From Prorocentrum cordatum (Eukaryota), in assembly GCA_963575745.1 (NCBI GenBank), contig CAUYUJ010000015.1, positions 434,001 through 498,000 of the forward strand: a stretch of DNA of 64,000 bases. The letters run 5' to 3'. The position numbers were made by a program, and so were the translations under genes. The notes under the pieces are model-generated. The model was not told where the DNA came from and did not search any database. It was given only the letters and a program-made list of their open reading frames with translations. Each line of letters begins with the position of its first letter. Within the stretch, counting starts at the first letter, position 1. Positions 11,499 through 33,749 of this stretch are shown here, in pieces.

Positions 11499-11879
11499 CG
11501 CTTTGCTGTCGAGCCGCTGTCACACTCTGCTGCGCCTCGCGGTCACGCCTCCCACATCACTACATCTTCAGCGGACGTTGTCAGCCCTGCAGTACCTGTA
11601 CTTCCACGGCCACCTGAAGTTCCTCATGGCGAAGCGCTTGGACGATCTGCCGCCGAGCCATTGCCACACTCCACCGCTCGCCGCGGCCACGGCTACCACA
11701 TGATCACTACATTTGTCGCTGATGATGTCATTTCAGCTGTACCTGTACAACCACGGCCCCCTGAAGTTCTTGCACCTCCCGTGGAGGCCACCATCACAGG
11801 CTCCGAATGTGAGCCACCTCTTTCAGTCGACCTCGACTACCTCCCGAACGTAACAGCGGTTGGTGAGCCCCCCAGCTGC

Positions 11880-12083
11880 ATGCTGGACATCGGCATGGAC
11901 GTCAGGCTCCGCGGTCGTTGGCGCTCGCGGGCTTCGGCCTGGCGGTGCGAGAAGGGCAGCAGGATCGGCCAGGTGCTCCCCAGGTTGCCCGAGGAGCTCC
12001 GCGCCCACGCGCTGCGCTGCGAGCGCTCGCTGGACGCCATCGTCCGCGGCTGCCCCTGCCGGGCGGCCCCCGACCCCAGACCC
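11880..12083 (+). pseudogene. C-terminal fragment of a DIRS-type tyrosine recombinase
   Basis: DVRLRGRWRSRASAWRCEKGSRIGQVLPRLP matches the YR box II pattern V..RGRW.S..S.RRYEK; the catalytic Tyr position reads Cys (TGC). Confidence 0.65.
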
Positions 12084-12161
12084 GAGGAGGAGGAGGAGGA
12101 GGAGGAGGAGGAGGAGGAGGAGGAGCAGGAGGAGGAGGAGGAGGAGGAGGGAGAGGAGGAG
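12084..12161. repeat. (GAG)n microsatellite between the YR and DNMT remnants
   Basis: Read directly. Confidence 0.95.
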
Positions 12162-12164
12162 GCC

Positions 12165-13090
12165 GTTTCGCCCTTGAGATCCCCTCGGGGCCCAGGCGGC
12201 TCGGCCGAGCGGTCTCGCGCGAGGGCGTGTAACGCGCTGCTCTTTGGGCGCGGAGCTCGGGCCAGGCTATATGGCCTTCGTCGGGCCCGCCAACCGCAGT
12301 TCCATCCGAGGCCGCATCCGTTCTGGCATCGCGATCGGGGTCCCTTTTGGGTACCCCGCGCTCGTCTTTCTCCAGGGTTCGAGACGTTCGCCCAGGGCCT
12401 CCGCCGGGGAGATCCGACACCTCTCCCATGGGTCTGGAGGGCCTCAGCCCTGCCGATGCCGACAAAGTTCGCAAGGGCGACTTGCTGATGTTGTTTCGGC
12501 CGCTTCTGTCCGCGACGCCGTGCTCTTCAGTATCCCAGCGACGCTTGAGGATCCAGCCAGGAGCCGCATTTGGCTGTGCCCAGCGACGCACAGATTGCAG
12601 AGGTCTCAAAGCAAGGGCTCCCACGAGGGCGCGAAGTTATTCGCGCTTCGCGGTCCTCGTTCCTTCTCCCCCTCCTCCTCGTCCTCCTTTTCTCCCTTTG
12701 GGAGGGCGGCGCGAGAGCGCGAAGTTATTCGCGCTTCGCGCTTCGCGCAGCGCGAAGCGCGAAGTTGGGAGCCCTAGCAAAGGATTATGTTGGCCATCGC
12801 TGATTGTTGCACGCGGGGCGCGCCGTGGCGCATGTCGACAGCCTTCCTCGGCGCAGGCCCGCGCCTTTCCAGGCGGACCGAAGCCCGCTGTCTCGGCGCA
12901 GAGCGAGGGCTTTGCAAGCGCACGGGCCTCCCCCACGTCGCCATCCAGGGGAAGGACGAGATGGGGGTCTCCAGGTCCAAGATTGCCGAGCCCTACCCCA
13001 CTCGCCTCTGCAACACTCTCTCCCTGTCTCACTACAGCGCGTGGGCCTCGTCCAGAGCCGAGTCCTTCGAGAATAGATTGTCTGCGGCCT
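12165..13090 (+). pseudogene. Degenerate C5 cytosine DNA methyltransferase of the retrotransposon-borne type
   Basis: Motifs in the correct order across frameshifts: FALEIPSG (motif I-like LE.FSG), GTPRSSFSR (motif IV PC), GPPP.RSD..PMGL, LEDPARSRIW (motif VI ENP), DCCTRGAPWRMST, CKRTGLPHVAIQG, IAEPYPTRLCNTL (motif X-like). Confidence 0.75.
12614..12776. mobile_element. ~163-bp MITE, hAT-like (TAGGG end, ~8-bp TSD)
   Basis: TIR AGGGCTCCCA (12614-12623) / TGGGAGCCCT(A) (12766-12776); flanks TCAAAGCA (12606-12613) and GCAAAGGA (12777-12784); internal GCGCGAAG/TTCGCGC repeats; removing 171 bp joins the DNMT in frame. Confidence 0.8.
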
Positions 13091-13141
13091 TGAGTAGGCC
13101 AGAGTGCTGTTCGGATGGCCCTGATGGTCCGGCAGATTTGA

Positions 13142-13520
13142 GAGTCGTTCGAGCTCGGCCCGCTCTGCCGCGTTGGCCCCGTGGATCTCGCTCGCAAAGG
13201 TGCTCGACTTGTGGCCCGCCGTCTGGCTGGAGAAAGGAGCTCGGGGGGATGCTTTGCACATGCACGGAAATCCTTCAGAGCAGATTGGGGGCAGCCGCGC
13301 ACTCGGTGCAAGCAACTGTGCCCGCCCTATCTTGGCCTTAGTTACACCCCATCTACCCCAGCCGCCGCCCTGATTATAATTTTTGTTTTCTGCCTTGCTA
13401 GTTGCTCGTGAAAGGGAGTCGTTCGAGCTCGGCCCGCTCTGCCGCGCTGGCGTCGTGGATCTCGCTCGCAAGGGCGCTAGACTTGTGGCCCGCCGTCTGG
13501 ATGGAGAAAGGAGCTCGGGG
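13142..13520 (+). repeat. Two ~105-bp direct repeats (13142-13246 and 13416-13520), candidate split direct repeats of the YR element
   Basis: GAGTCGTTCGAGCTCGGCCCGCTCTGCCGCG...GGAGAAAGGAGCTCGGGG occurs twice, about 170 bp apart. Confidence 0.85.
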
Positions 13521-13522
13521 AA

Positions 13523-14525
13523 CCATCATCATCAGCACCATCATAATCATCATCATCACCGCCATCATCAGCATCGCCATCATCATCGTCGTCGTCATCC
13601 TCATCAGCAACACCATCATCATCAGCGCCATCGTCATCATCATAGTCTTCATCACCCTCAGCATCATCATAACCAGCACCATCATCATTACCACCAGCAT
13701 CAGCATCATCATCATAACGCCCGCCATACCTCATCCCCTTCCGTCGCCCCCGCCTTCTCCGTCGTTCCGAACTTGAGTTGCAGAGCGTCTCCATCGATCT
13801 GGTTCGGAGCGACGGTCTGGCGAATGCCAAAAGATCGGGGCGGCGGCTCGACGACAGAATCGGCGCGCTCGGATCGCACCTCAATTCGTGTCGTCGCCCT
13901 GATCCTCCTCATCCTCACCATCATCAGGGCTGGTGGGCACCGCGGCACAGCCCGTGCCCCTCAGGCATCGAGGTCGTCATCGTCATCATCGTCGTCGTCG
14001 CATCGTCGTCTTCACCGTCGCCATCATCATCGTCAGCATCTGATTCAGGGCCCGACTTCTGGCATGGAGCATATCCATGGACGGAGGGTGGTTCGTTTCC
14101 AAAGCGGGGCGATCGCCGAACATATTTTGGATTTGAATGAATGGTGGTTCCTTTTCAAGACGGGGTTATCGCTTGAATGGCAACCTCATGGGGATCTACT
14201 CTTTCACGGAGCGGGGCTGCCCGTAGTGATAAGTATGGGGGACTGGAGACGGGAGGATACGATGCAGCATCGCTGATGCACCCTGAGTTTACTTTTGTCC
14301 TCCACCTCATCTATGCTCCCCCCTCGTTCCCATATTCCTCCTCCTCCTGTTGCTCCTCCTCCTGTTCCTCCTCCTCCTCATGATGATCCTCGTCCTCGTC
14401 CTCCTCCTCCTCCTCCTGCTCCCCTCCTCTCCATCATCATCACCATCATCATCATCGTCATCATCATCTTCATCATTTTCATCATCATCATCATCATCAT
14501 CATAATCATCATCATCATCATCATG

Positions 14526-14592
<67 letters not shown>

Positions 14593-14600
14593 CTCCTCAT
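13523..14600. repeat. (CAT)n/(CGT)n/(CCT)n microsatellite patches
   Basis: Tracts at 13523-13715, ~13975-14040, 14335-14430 and 14431-14590. Confidence 0.85.
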
Positions 14601-16251
14601 CTTCTCATTCTGCAGGTGGCCCCCGCGGAGGCGACCACGTCCCCCCTGGTGATGATCAAGCCTGCGCAGGGAGAGCCCATCAGCACAGTGGCGACCTGCA
14701 GTCCAAAACCTTCGAACCAGGTCCATATTCGGTTTGGGGAGAGGCTCCAGAGTCCTAAGATCCTTCCCTGGGTCTTTCTTCTGGCGCTCCTCCTAACTCA
14801 AGGCGCGAGGTGGGGCCAAACAGAGCCCTTGCCCTTGCGAAAGTCTCCATGCTGCAAGATTTCGTTTTTAGAAGGAGCAGCAGCAGGTCTTCAAAAGTGT
14901 TCGGCAACTATCGTAAGTCGCCGGTGGTACTCCGAGGTCTCTGGAGGTCTTAGGGCGTTTTCGAAGCTCCTCGGAGGCTCTCCTGGGTCTGTGGTTTTCA
15001 AAGGTGTGGGGCAGGTTTCTGGACGTGTCTGGAAGGGGAGAAGGCCAAGGAGGAAGAAGAAGAGAGGAGGAGGAAGAGCAACAGTAGGAGGAGCAGCAGC
15101 AGCAGCGGCAGTATGACGACGAGGAAGAGAAGGAGACGGGGACGGAGAAGGAGAATGAGACGGATAACTAGCAGCAGTTGCAGCAGCAGCAAAGGATTTG
15201 AAGAGTACCTTCGGTACTCGGGGATTCTTGGAGGTTCAAGGTTGGGGGCTGGGAGGGTTCTGGCAGTTCTTGGGACATCCAAAGAGGGGAGATGAGGGGA
15301 TGAAACAGCAGGATCAGTACCAGGATGGAGGAGCACCATGAGGAGGAGGAGGAGGAGGAGGAGGAGGAGGGAGAAACAAGAGGAGCATGAGCAGCAGCAG
15401 CAGGAGGAGCAGTAAGACGAGGAAGAGCGTGAACGGCGGCGGCAGCAGGGGGAAGCGCGCGAGCAGAAGCAGAAGGAAGAGGAGATCGATGAGGAGAAAG
15501 AAAAAGAAAGGATGGGAGAAGGAGAAGAAGGAAGAGTAGAAGGATGAGGAGCTGCAGCGCGAGCAGCAGCAGCAGCAGCAGCGGGAGGACGGCTGCGGCG
15601 GGCGGCCGCCAGAGGTGACCGGCACGCCGCCGGCGGAGGCGAGGGGCGCCGCGGGTGACTCGCAGCAAGCCGGGGGCGACGCCGCGCAGACCGCCTTGAC
15701 CCCCGCCGCAGCCGAGCCCGGCGCCAAGGAGTCGCCTGGGCCCGCCGCCGCTGTCGGGGGGGCGCAGCCCGTGAAGCCCGCGGCGCTCGCGGCGGCTGAG
15801 GCCACGGCCACCGATCCGCCGGCGGCGGGCGCCCCTGCGGCGGCCGCGGCCACGGGCTCAACGGCCGCGGCCGCGCCGTCAGCGGAGCCGGCGGCGGCAG
15901 AGAAAGCGGCGGCGGCACCAGAGCCCACCGTTGCCGCAGCAGATCGCGGGCTTGGCGAGGAGCTTGCCGCGGCGGCCCCGGAAATCCCTCCTCCGCCAGG
16001 TCCTCTTGGTGTTTTTCCACCTGCTCCTGTTTTTGCTGCTCCTCCTCCTCCTACTCCCGCACCTAGTATCCGTATTGCTACTATACCTATGATCCCGATT
16101 GATGCTACCAATACTGCTGCTGCTGCTGTTGCTCCTGCTGCTCCTGCTGCTCCTGCTGCTCCTACGACGCGCACTACTACCACGACGACGACGACGACGA
16201 CGACGACTACGATTACGACGACGACGATTATCATCCGTATCGACGACGACG

Positions 16252-23645
<7,394 letters not shown>

Positions 23646-23656
23646 AATATTTTATG

Positions 23657-24813
23657 TGGCACGCGTGCCCTGGCTCTTTCGCACTGAGGGGGGAATGAGA
23701 GGGAGGCGCAGGTGGAAGGATGGAGGAGACAAGGAACAGAAGGGACAAGGGAGGACAGGGCGCCCCAGTGCTGAACCAGTGGTTGTCGGTTGGGATCTGG
23801 CAAGGGCAAGGGCCAGCGGGGCGAGGGCGGCCGCGACAAACGCAACCAAGGGGACGGCGACAAACCGAAAATACAGGATCTGGGGCGACAGGGGCAGGCT
23901 GGGTCCAGGGTCAAGGACAGCGGGGCGAGGGAATTTGGGGCCAGGACCACGGGGACGACGAGCGAAAAATAAAGAGTTCCGGGGCTGGGGCTAGGGCCAG
24001 GGGGCGAAGCTGGGTCCAGGGCCAGGGCCAGCGGGGCGAAGAGGGTTGGGGTCAGGACCAAGAGGCTGGCTTCAGGGCCATCGGGGCGAGGGGAGCTGAG
24101 GCTAGGACCAGGGGCGGAGGCTGGGTCCAGAGCCAGGACCACGGGGACGACGACACCGAAAATACACCGTCTGGGGCGAGGGAAGTTGGGCCAGGGCCAG
24201 GGGGAGGCAGGGTCCAGGGCAAGGGCGAGGCGGGCTGGGGCCAAGGGGGGGGAGGCAGGGTCCAGGGCCAGGGCGAAGCTGGGTCCACCAGGGCCAGGAC
24301 CACGGGGACGACGACGAGCGAAAATTCAGGATCTGGGGCGAGGGGGGTTGGGGCCAGGGCCAAGGGAGGATGTTGGGTCCAGAGCCAGGACCAGGGCGGC
24401 GACGACGAGGGGCGCTGGGGCTAAGACCAGGGGGGGGTTAGGTCCAGGGCCACGACAAGGGGGCGACGACGAACGCAAATAAAGGGTCGGAGCGAGGAGG
24501 CTGGGGCCAGGGCCAGGGCCAGGAGCCAGCAAGGTGGGTTGGAGGCTGGGGCCAGGGCCAGGAAAGGAGCCCAGGTCCAGGGCCAGGGCCAGCGGGGCGA
24601 GGTGGGTTGGGGCCAGGAGCAGGGGGGTAGTTAGGTCCAAGAACGGGACCAGGGGGACGAGGGGGGCTGGGGCCAGGACCAGGGGGAGGAGGCTGAAGGG
24701 GCCTGGGGCCCGGGGCCAGGGGGGGAGTTCGGGTCCAAGGCCAGGACCAGGGGGGAGGACGACGAACGAAAATAAAGTGGACCGAGCTCAAGAATGCAAT
24801 TGTGCCATAGAAT
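23657..24813 (+). repeat. 1.15-kb G-rich element with internal GGGGCCAGGGCCAGG / CGACGACGA repeats (copy A)
   Basis: Both ends match the reverse complement of 30736-31879. Confidence 0.8.
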
Positions 24814-24879
24814 CACTTATGTTACCACTGCTGCTGCTGATGCTTGTGTCGCTGATGTTAATAGCATTACGAGTGCTAC

Positions 24880-28370
<3,491 letters not shown>

Positions 28371-30735
28371 ATGATCTAGACCTTAGAAACAGAGGCACAA
28401 CAATTCCTCGCAGGCTATTGAAACAAAAGTGCAATCCTTGAGAGAAAGCACAGAGGACAGTGGTTCAATGATGAAACGAGGATTGCGAAGTCGAAGGCAG
28501 GCATAATTTGCCCCCCTCAGACTACGCGTTCCTTCGCATCGTGATCGGCCGAGAATACAACAAGCATGCCTGTTTTTTCTTTTTTATATTTTTTTTTGTT
28601 TTTTTTTTGTTTTTTTTTACAAAAAAAAAACTATATTTGCTGTTCCTTGGCGCACTCAAGGAAAGGTTTCATGTCGCGCAACGGTCGGAGAACCAACAGC
28701 AACCGCGGGCGGTCGATTGGTGGCCCATAGTAGGCGCAACGACCCGACTGAAGCGACGATGGAGCGCCCCCCACCCCACCCCGCGCGCCCATGTCGGCTC
28801 GCGTGACAGATGACATAGTTGCGCCAGAGAACGGACGGGGACTTCGCGGGGGGAACGTCGCCAAAGACGGAACGGCCCCCCCCCCGGCCACGCGGTTGCT
28901 GAGTGCATGCGCAGAGAAACGGGAGAGACTCAGCCCCCCCCCCCCGCGACAAAAATCCACATTCCCGCGTCGAGCTCCCCGTCGCAAATGCAAAGGCGCT
29001 GAAGGACAGGCCGCGCATAACTTTCGAAGAAGCAAATACGAGACAAAATGATTTACTTGACCTTGGCCCCAGCCGCCCCACATTCCACGCCGTCGATTGC
29101 CAGCGCGCGGACAAACCCGAGATCGAATTAGAAGAGCGCCCTGAAGCCCTCCACTTGAAGAGCCCACCATGCGATGGTGGAGATATTGTAGAAATCGCAC
29201 AAGTTGGCACTGCAGAGACTGAAGCGACTTTTGACGAAAACCAGGGGGCATTCGCAGTCGTAGCACCCAGAGATGCAGCCGGGCGCCCTTCCACGCGAAC
29301 TTTCGCCAAGGTGGCGATTGACTCGTCGAAGGATCCAACGGCAGAAATTGCGGCGAATACTTTCAGGCAGGATGACGCAGAGGCAGCGTCCGAATTCCCA
29401 TAGCAATGCGCGACGATTGTTGCATCATTCGGAGACTATGTAAGTGAAGAGGCCATCTGCGGGAGGGTTGACATGCTCCATGACGACTTCTGGGGGGGGG
29501 TCTCACGTCGGCCCCACTGGGGCATTGGCCATTTAGCGCAATGAACATAGTCGGGGAGTGCATTTCATATTCGGACGCAACATCGTTTTCCCAACAGACA
29601 TAAGACATGTTTGATGCCCACAACACTTGTGGAAACACTACATAGGCAATAGGGTGGACCATCGCCCTTGGCAGATGCGGAGAGATTCGCGCGAATTCGA
29701 TGAACAAGGAAGAAAGTCAAGAGTTCTGCCCTGCTGGAGACACGCATCGCGGGCTTGGGGTTCAGCCTTAAGTCTAGGATACGCGAGGGCTCGTGGCCGA
29801 TGCAAGTTGCGATAGCTGGGTTCGTCGGCAAGGACAAAGGGAAGGATCCATTGCAGGATAGATGCGCTGAGATGCGCGGGGGGTTGTTCGCCGCGCACGG
29901 GCAGCTAAATGCTGCGATTGTCATCGGAATCCAACGCGTCGTTGCCAAGAACGGCTTTGCTGATATCAGCTCAGCCGACGTTGGAACATCCGTTGACGGT
30001 CCGACGTTGGGCGCGGCGGCCACCGGGGCAACGGTCGAACGCTCGCCCGAGTCTGGCAAAACCACGATTCTGGAGGGAACTGCTGCCGACTCAGCTGGCG
30101 GCGCTCCTGCGCCGAATTTGTCGGGGCCCATGGATATCGATGGCGGGGGCACTGGAGGCGCCGACTCAGTCGGCGCTCTTGTTGCTCCTCTTTTTCTTCC
30201 CGCGCGGCCGACGCGACGCGCTGGCTGCGGCCCCCGGCGGCTTCCCCCTCCGCGATGGCGCGCGCGGGCCGCCCCCGCGGCGCGCGGCGCTGCCGGCGCC
30301 GCCGCCGAGGCCCAGGGGCAGGGGCCGCGATGCTGGATGGAGACAAGCTCCATTGAACACACGACGGAACAAGGCAGCCGACGCCTCGGGCACGTCAGGG
30401 ACAGGGGGGGCAGAGGGCGGAGCGTCAGACGTCGAGCGGGCGCACGACCCAGAACAATGACCATTGGGACAAGCATCAGGACCAGTGAGACACCACCCAC
30501 CATGATGCTGATCATAAATATGGTGGCAAATGAGAGCACAATGATGCTCTTTCGGAAATGGCAGCGGTGGACTGCAGATGATTATTGCGACGTGTATGAC
30601 TACAGCGGTCGTTACATTACGAGGCGAAGAGACAGCGCCGGCAGCGGCTCAGCCGCGGTTGCGCTACTTGTTGGAGAAGGAATGGCGAAGTGCTTGCGAG
30701 CGAACTCACACGTTCACTTTTGATGTCAGGGGGCC

Positions 30736-31879
30736 ATTATCTTGCACAGTTGTTTTCTAGAGCGCGGACCTTTATTTTCCTGGTTCGTCGTCGCCCCCCT
30801 GGCTCTGGCTTCCCATCCTCGTCGCCGTCTCCCTGCCCCCCATCCCCTGGCCTCCACGCCCCGACCTGGACCTCCGGCCCCTGGTCAGAGCCCCAGTCCT
30901 CCTTTCCTGGCCCTGAACCCAGCCCCCCCCCTCTTGGCGCCAGCGCCCCCCGGCCCTGGCCCCAGCCCCCCTCGCCCCGGACCATGTTTTTTCGCGGTAC
31001 GTCGTCGCCCTCTCGGATCTGGCCCGCCCCCCCCGGCCCCCATCGCCCCCGCCCTCTTGCCCCAGCCCTGAACCCAGCCCCCCTCCTTGGCTCTGGCGCC
31101 ACCCCCTTCGCCTCGGACATTCTATTGTCGCGGTTCGTCGTCGCCCCCCTGGCTCTGGCCTGCTTCCCCTGGCCCCCTCGCCCCCGCCCTCTTGCCCTGG
31201 CTTTGAACCCAGCCTGGCGCCCCCTGGCCCTGGCCCCAGCCCCCCTCGCCCCAGACATTTAATTTTTGCGTTTCGTCGTCGTCCCTCTGGCTCCGGCCTG
31301 CCCCCGATGGCCCCCTCGCCCCCGCCCTCCTGCCCTGGCCCTGAACCAGGCCGCCCCCCCTGCCTCTGGCGCACCCTGGCCCTGGCCCCAGCCCACCTCG
31401 GCCCGGCCTTTATGTTCGCGGTTCGTGGTTTGTCGTCGCCCCCTTGGCTGCGGCCCGCCCCTCCTTCGCCCCCGCCCCCCTGGCTGCGGCCCGCCCCCCT
31501 TCGCCCCCTCGCCCCAACCAGCACCTTTGGCCTCTGGCCCCAGCCCTCTGGCCCCGGCTGAACTCAGCTTGTTTCCCGGCCTTGGCCCCGCTCGCCCCGG
31601 CCCTGGTCTTCGCCCCAGCCCTCGCCCTGCACCGTGTATTTTCACGGTTTTGACCCGGGCCCATGGCCCCTGGCCCGAGCTTCAGTCCCCCTGCGCTGGC
31701 CCTGGACCCCCGCTCTCCCCGACCTTGGCCTTGGCCCCAGCCCTCCTCGCCCTGGATTTTTTATTTTCGCGGTTCCGCCCCCCTGGCTCTGGCCCCCCAT
31801 CCCCTAGCCATCTCGCCCCCCGCGTGCCCCTCCTCTTCTTTTTCTTTTCAAATGTGCAAGAGCCAGGGCACGCGTGCCA
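30736..31879 (-). repeat. 1.15-kb G-rich element (copy B, inverted relative to copy A)
   Basis: 31858-31879 is the exact reverse complement of TGGCACGCGTGCCCTGGCTCTT (23657-23678); the reverse complement of 30736-30770 resembles 24779-24813. Confidence 0.8.
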
Positions 31880-32493
31880 TTTCTTCACGGGGCGCGCCGG
31901 TCCGTCTCGGCGCACCCCCGGAAGGGCCCCGCGGATGCATGGGCGCCACTTCCCCCGGCGTTGCAATTTTTTCCGGTGGTTTGAGCTGGCGCGGGCCAAG
32001 GGGGCGCCAGGGGCCTAGGGATCTCCCGGGGATGGGCTCAACCGTTGGGCCTACACGTCCCGCCGCGGGGGGAGTTGTTACACTTCTCTCCCCGCTCGCC
32101 CCCTGCCGCCGACTGCCGCCGCCGCTTCCGCCGCTGTAAGTTGGGGGATCGAGGCGCGAGATTCGTGCCGGGAGCGCGTTCCGCGCGCGCGTGAAGAAAA
32201 AGGCGCCTGGGTCGTCGCCTCGCCGTCGCCCCCTCCCCCTTTGCCCCCTCATCCCACTATATCAGCTTAGCGGGCAACTGTGTTTTAAAAAGTATGTCTG
32301 ATATACCCGCCATGAGCGATGAAATCGATATATTGCTGGAAACACTATTCCGATTTTTACCTAACAGCTTTTGCTGATAGGTTTCTATTGGATTCAAAAG
32401 AGAGCAGCAGATGACTCCACAGGGGGGTCGGGGCGGCATCCGGGGAGCTGTGTCCGAACTCGTGTCCGAATGCGCTATTCGCAAACAGTCACA

Positions 32494-32900
32494 CACTTCG
32501 TGCTCTTCGACCTCCCAGAACTCCATTCCCGGGCCACATTCTGAATGCCTGGAGCCAACTGTAGGCCACTTCGTGCTCTTCGACTTCCCAGAACTCCATG
32601 CCCGGGCCACATTTTGAATGCCCGGAGCCAACTGTAGGCCACTTCGTACTCTTCGACTTCCCAGAATTCCATTCCCGGGCCACATTCTGAATGCCCGGAG
32701 CCAACTGTAGGCCACTTCGTGCTCTTCGAGCTCCCAGAATTCAATTCCTGGGCATGATTTTGAATGCCCGGAGCCAACTGTGGGCCACTTCGTGTTCTTC
32801 TAGTTCCCAGAACTCCATTAACATTTTGGATGTCCGGAGCCAACTGCAGGCCACTTCGTTTTCTTCGAGCTCCCAAAACTTCACTCCCGGGCCACATTTT
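32494..32900 (+). repeat. 73-bp tandem minisatellite, about 5.5 copies
   Basis: CACTTCGTGCTCTTCGA unit starts at 32494, 32567, 32640, 32713, 32786 and 32852. Confidence 0.92.
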
Positions 32901-32963
32901 GCTTACTGGATGTCTCCGTCAGATTTCTCGCCACACGATTCCCGGTTTGTTCTGTGTCGTCAT

Positions 32964-33017
32964 CGTGCAGGGCAAGACGGCGGACCCAGGCGTCATCGTG
33001 CACTGGGCGTTTCCGCC
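32964..33017 (+). pseudogene. 54-bp orphan fragment of the Helitron helicase motif V region
   Basis: 50/54 nt identical to 42175-42228 (VQGKTADPGVIVHWAFPP against VQGKTADPGFIVHWTFPP). Confidence 0.85.
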
Positions 33018-33627
33018 AGAATTTAATACTTGCAGGAGGAGCAGGAGGAGCAGGACGAGGGAGGCTCCTTACTCTTTCCTCCCTCCCCTTTCTCTTTTCA
33101 TTTCTGTACGGGGCACCCGACCCTTTATGACGTCCTCCGCAGGCCTGGGTGGTCCACTCAGGCCGCGGGGGAGGATAGGGGGCGGGGGGGTCTTCTTCTT
33201 TCCCTAAACAGCTTGATCCTCGTCGCCAGTAGCGAGGAGGGGGGGGGCGCACCGTTCCCTCGGATGGGCACACCCCCCCTTCGGGAGCTCTCGATCCCAT
33301 CTCTCTCTCCTTCTTTCTTTCCCTCCTCGAAGCAGCACTCTCAAGATCGTCATTTTCAGGCGCCTGTGGTCTCACAGCAGTGTCTCGTTCGGAGGTTCAT
33401 CCACTGATGGCAGAGAGTCGTTGGAAGCTCCCGGGCCCTTTTACTGGCAACCTACTTGTCCTTTGCCTCTGATAGCCGCGTTTGGTTCAAAACGTGCCTC
33501 CCTGGTGGCCCTCGCCGGCCGGCCCTCAGGTGCTCTTCGCGTTCCCAGAACACGTGTCCTCAACCATATATTTGACGCAAGAGGAGGAGGAGGAGGAGGA
33601 GGAAGCAACCCACCCAGAAACGAGGCC

Positions 33628-33658
<31 letters not shown>

Positions 33659-33749
33659 GTCAGCACTCTCCCCGCAGCCTTCTTGGCTAGAGCCCTGCTC
33701 TCGAAGATTTCCTTTCAAAGGAACTGCGCAGCGCCTACTGCACGATTTC

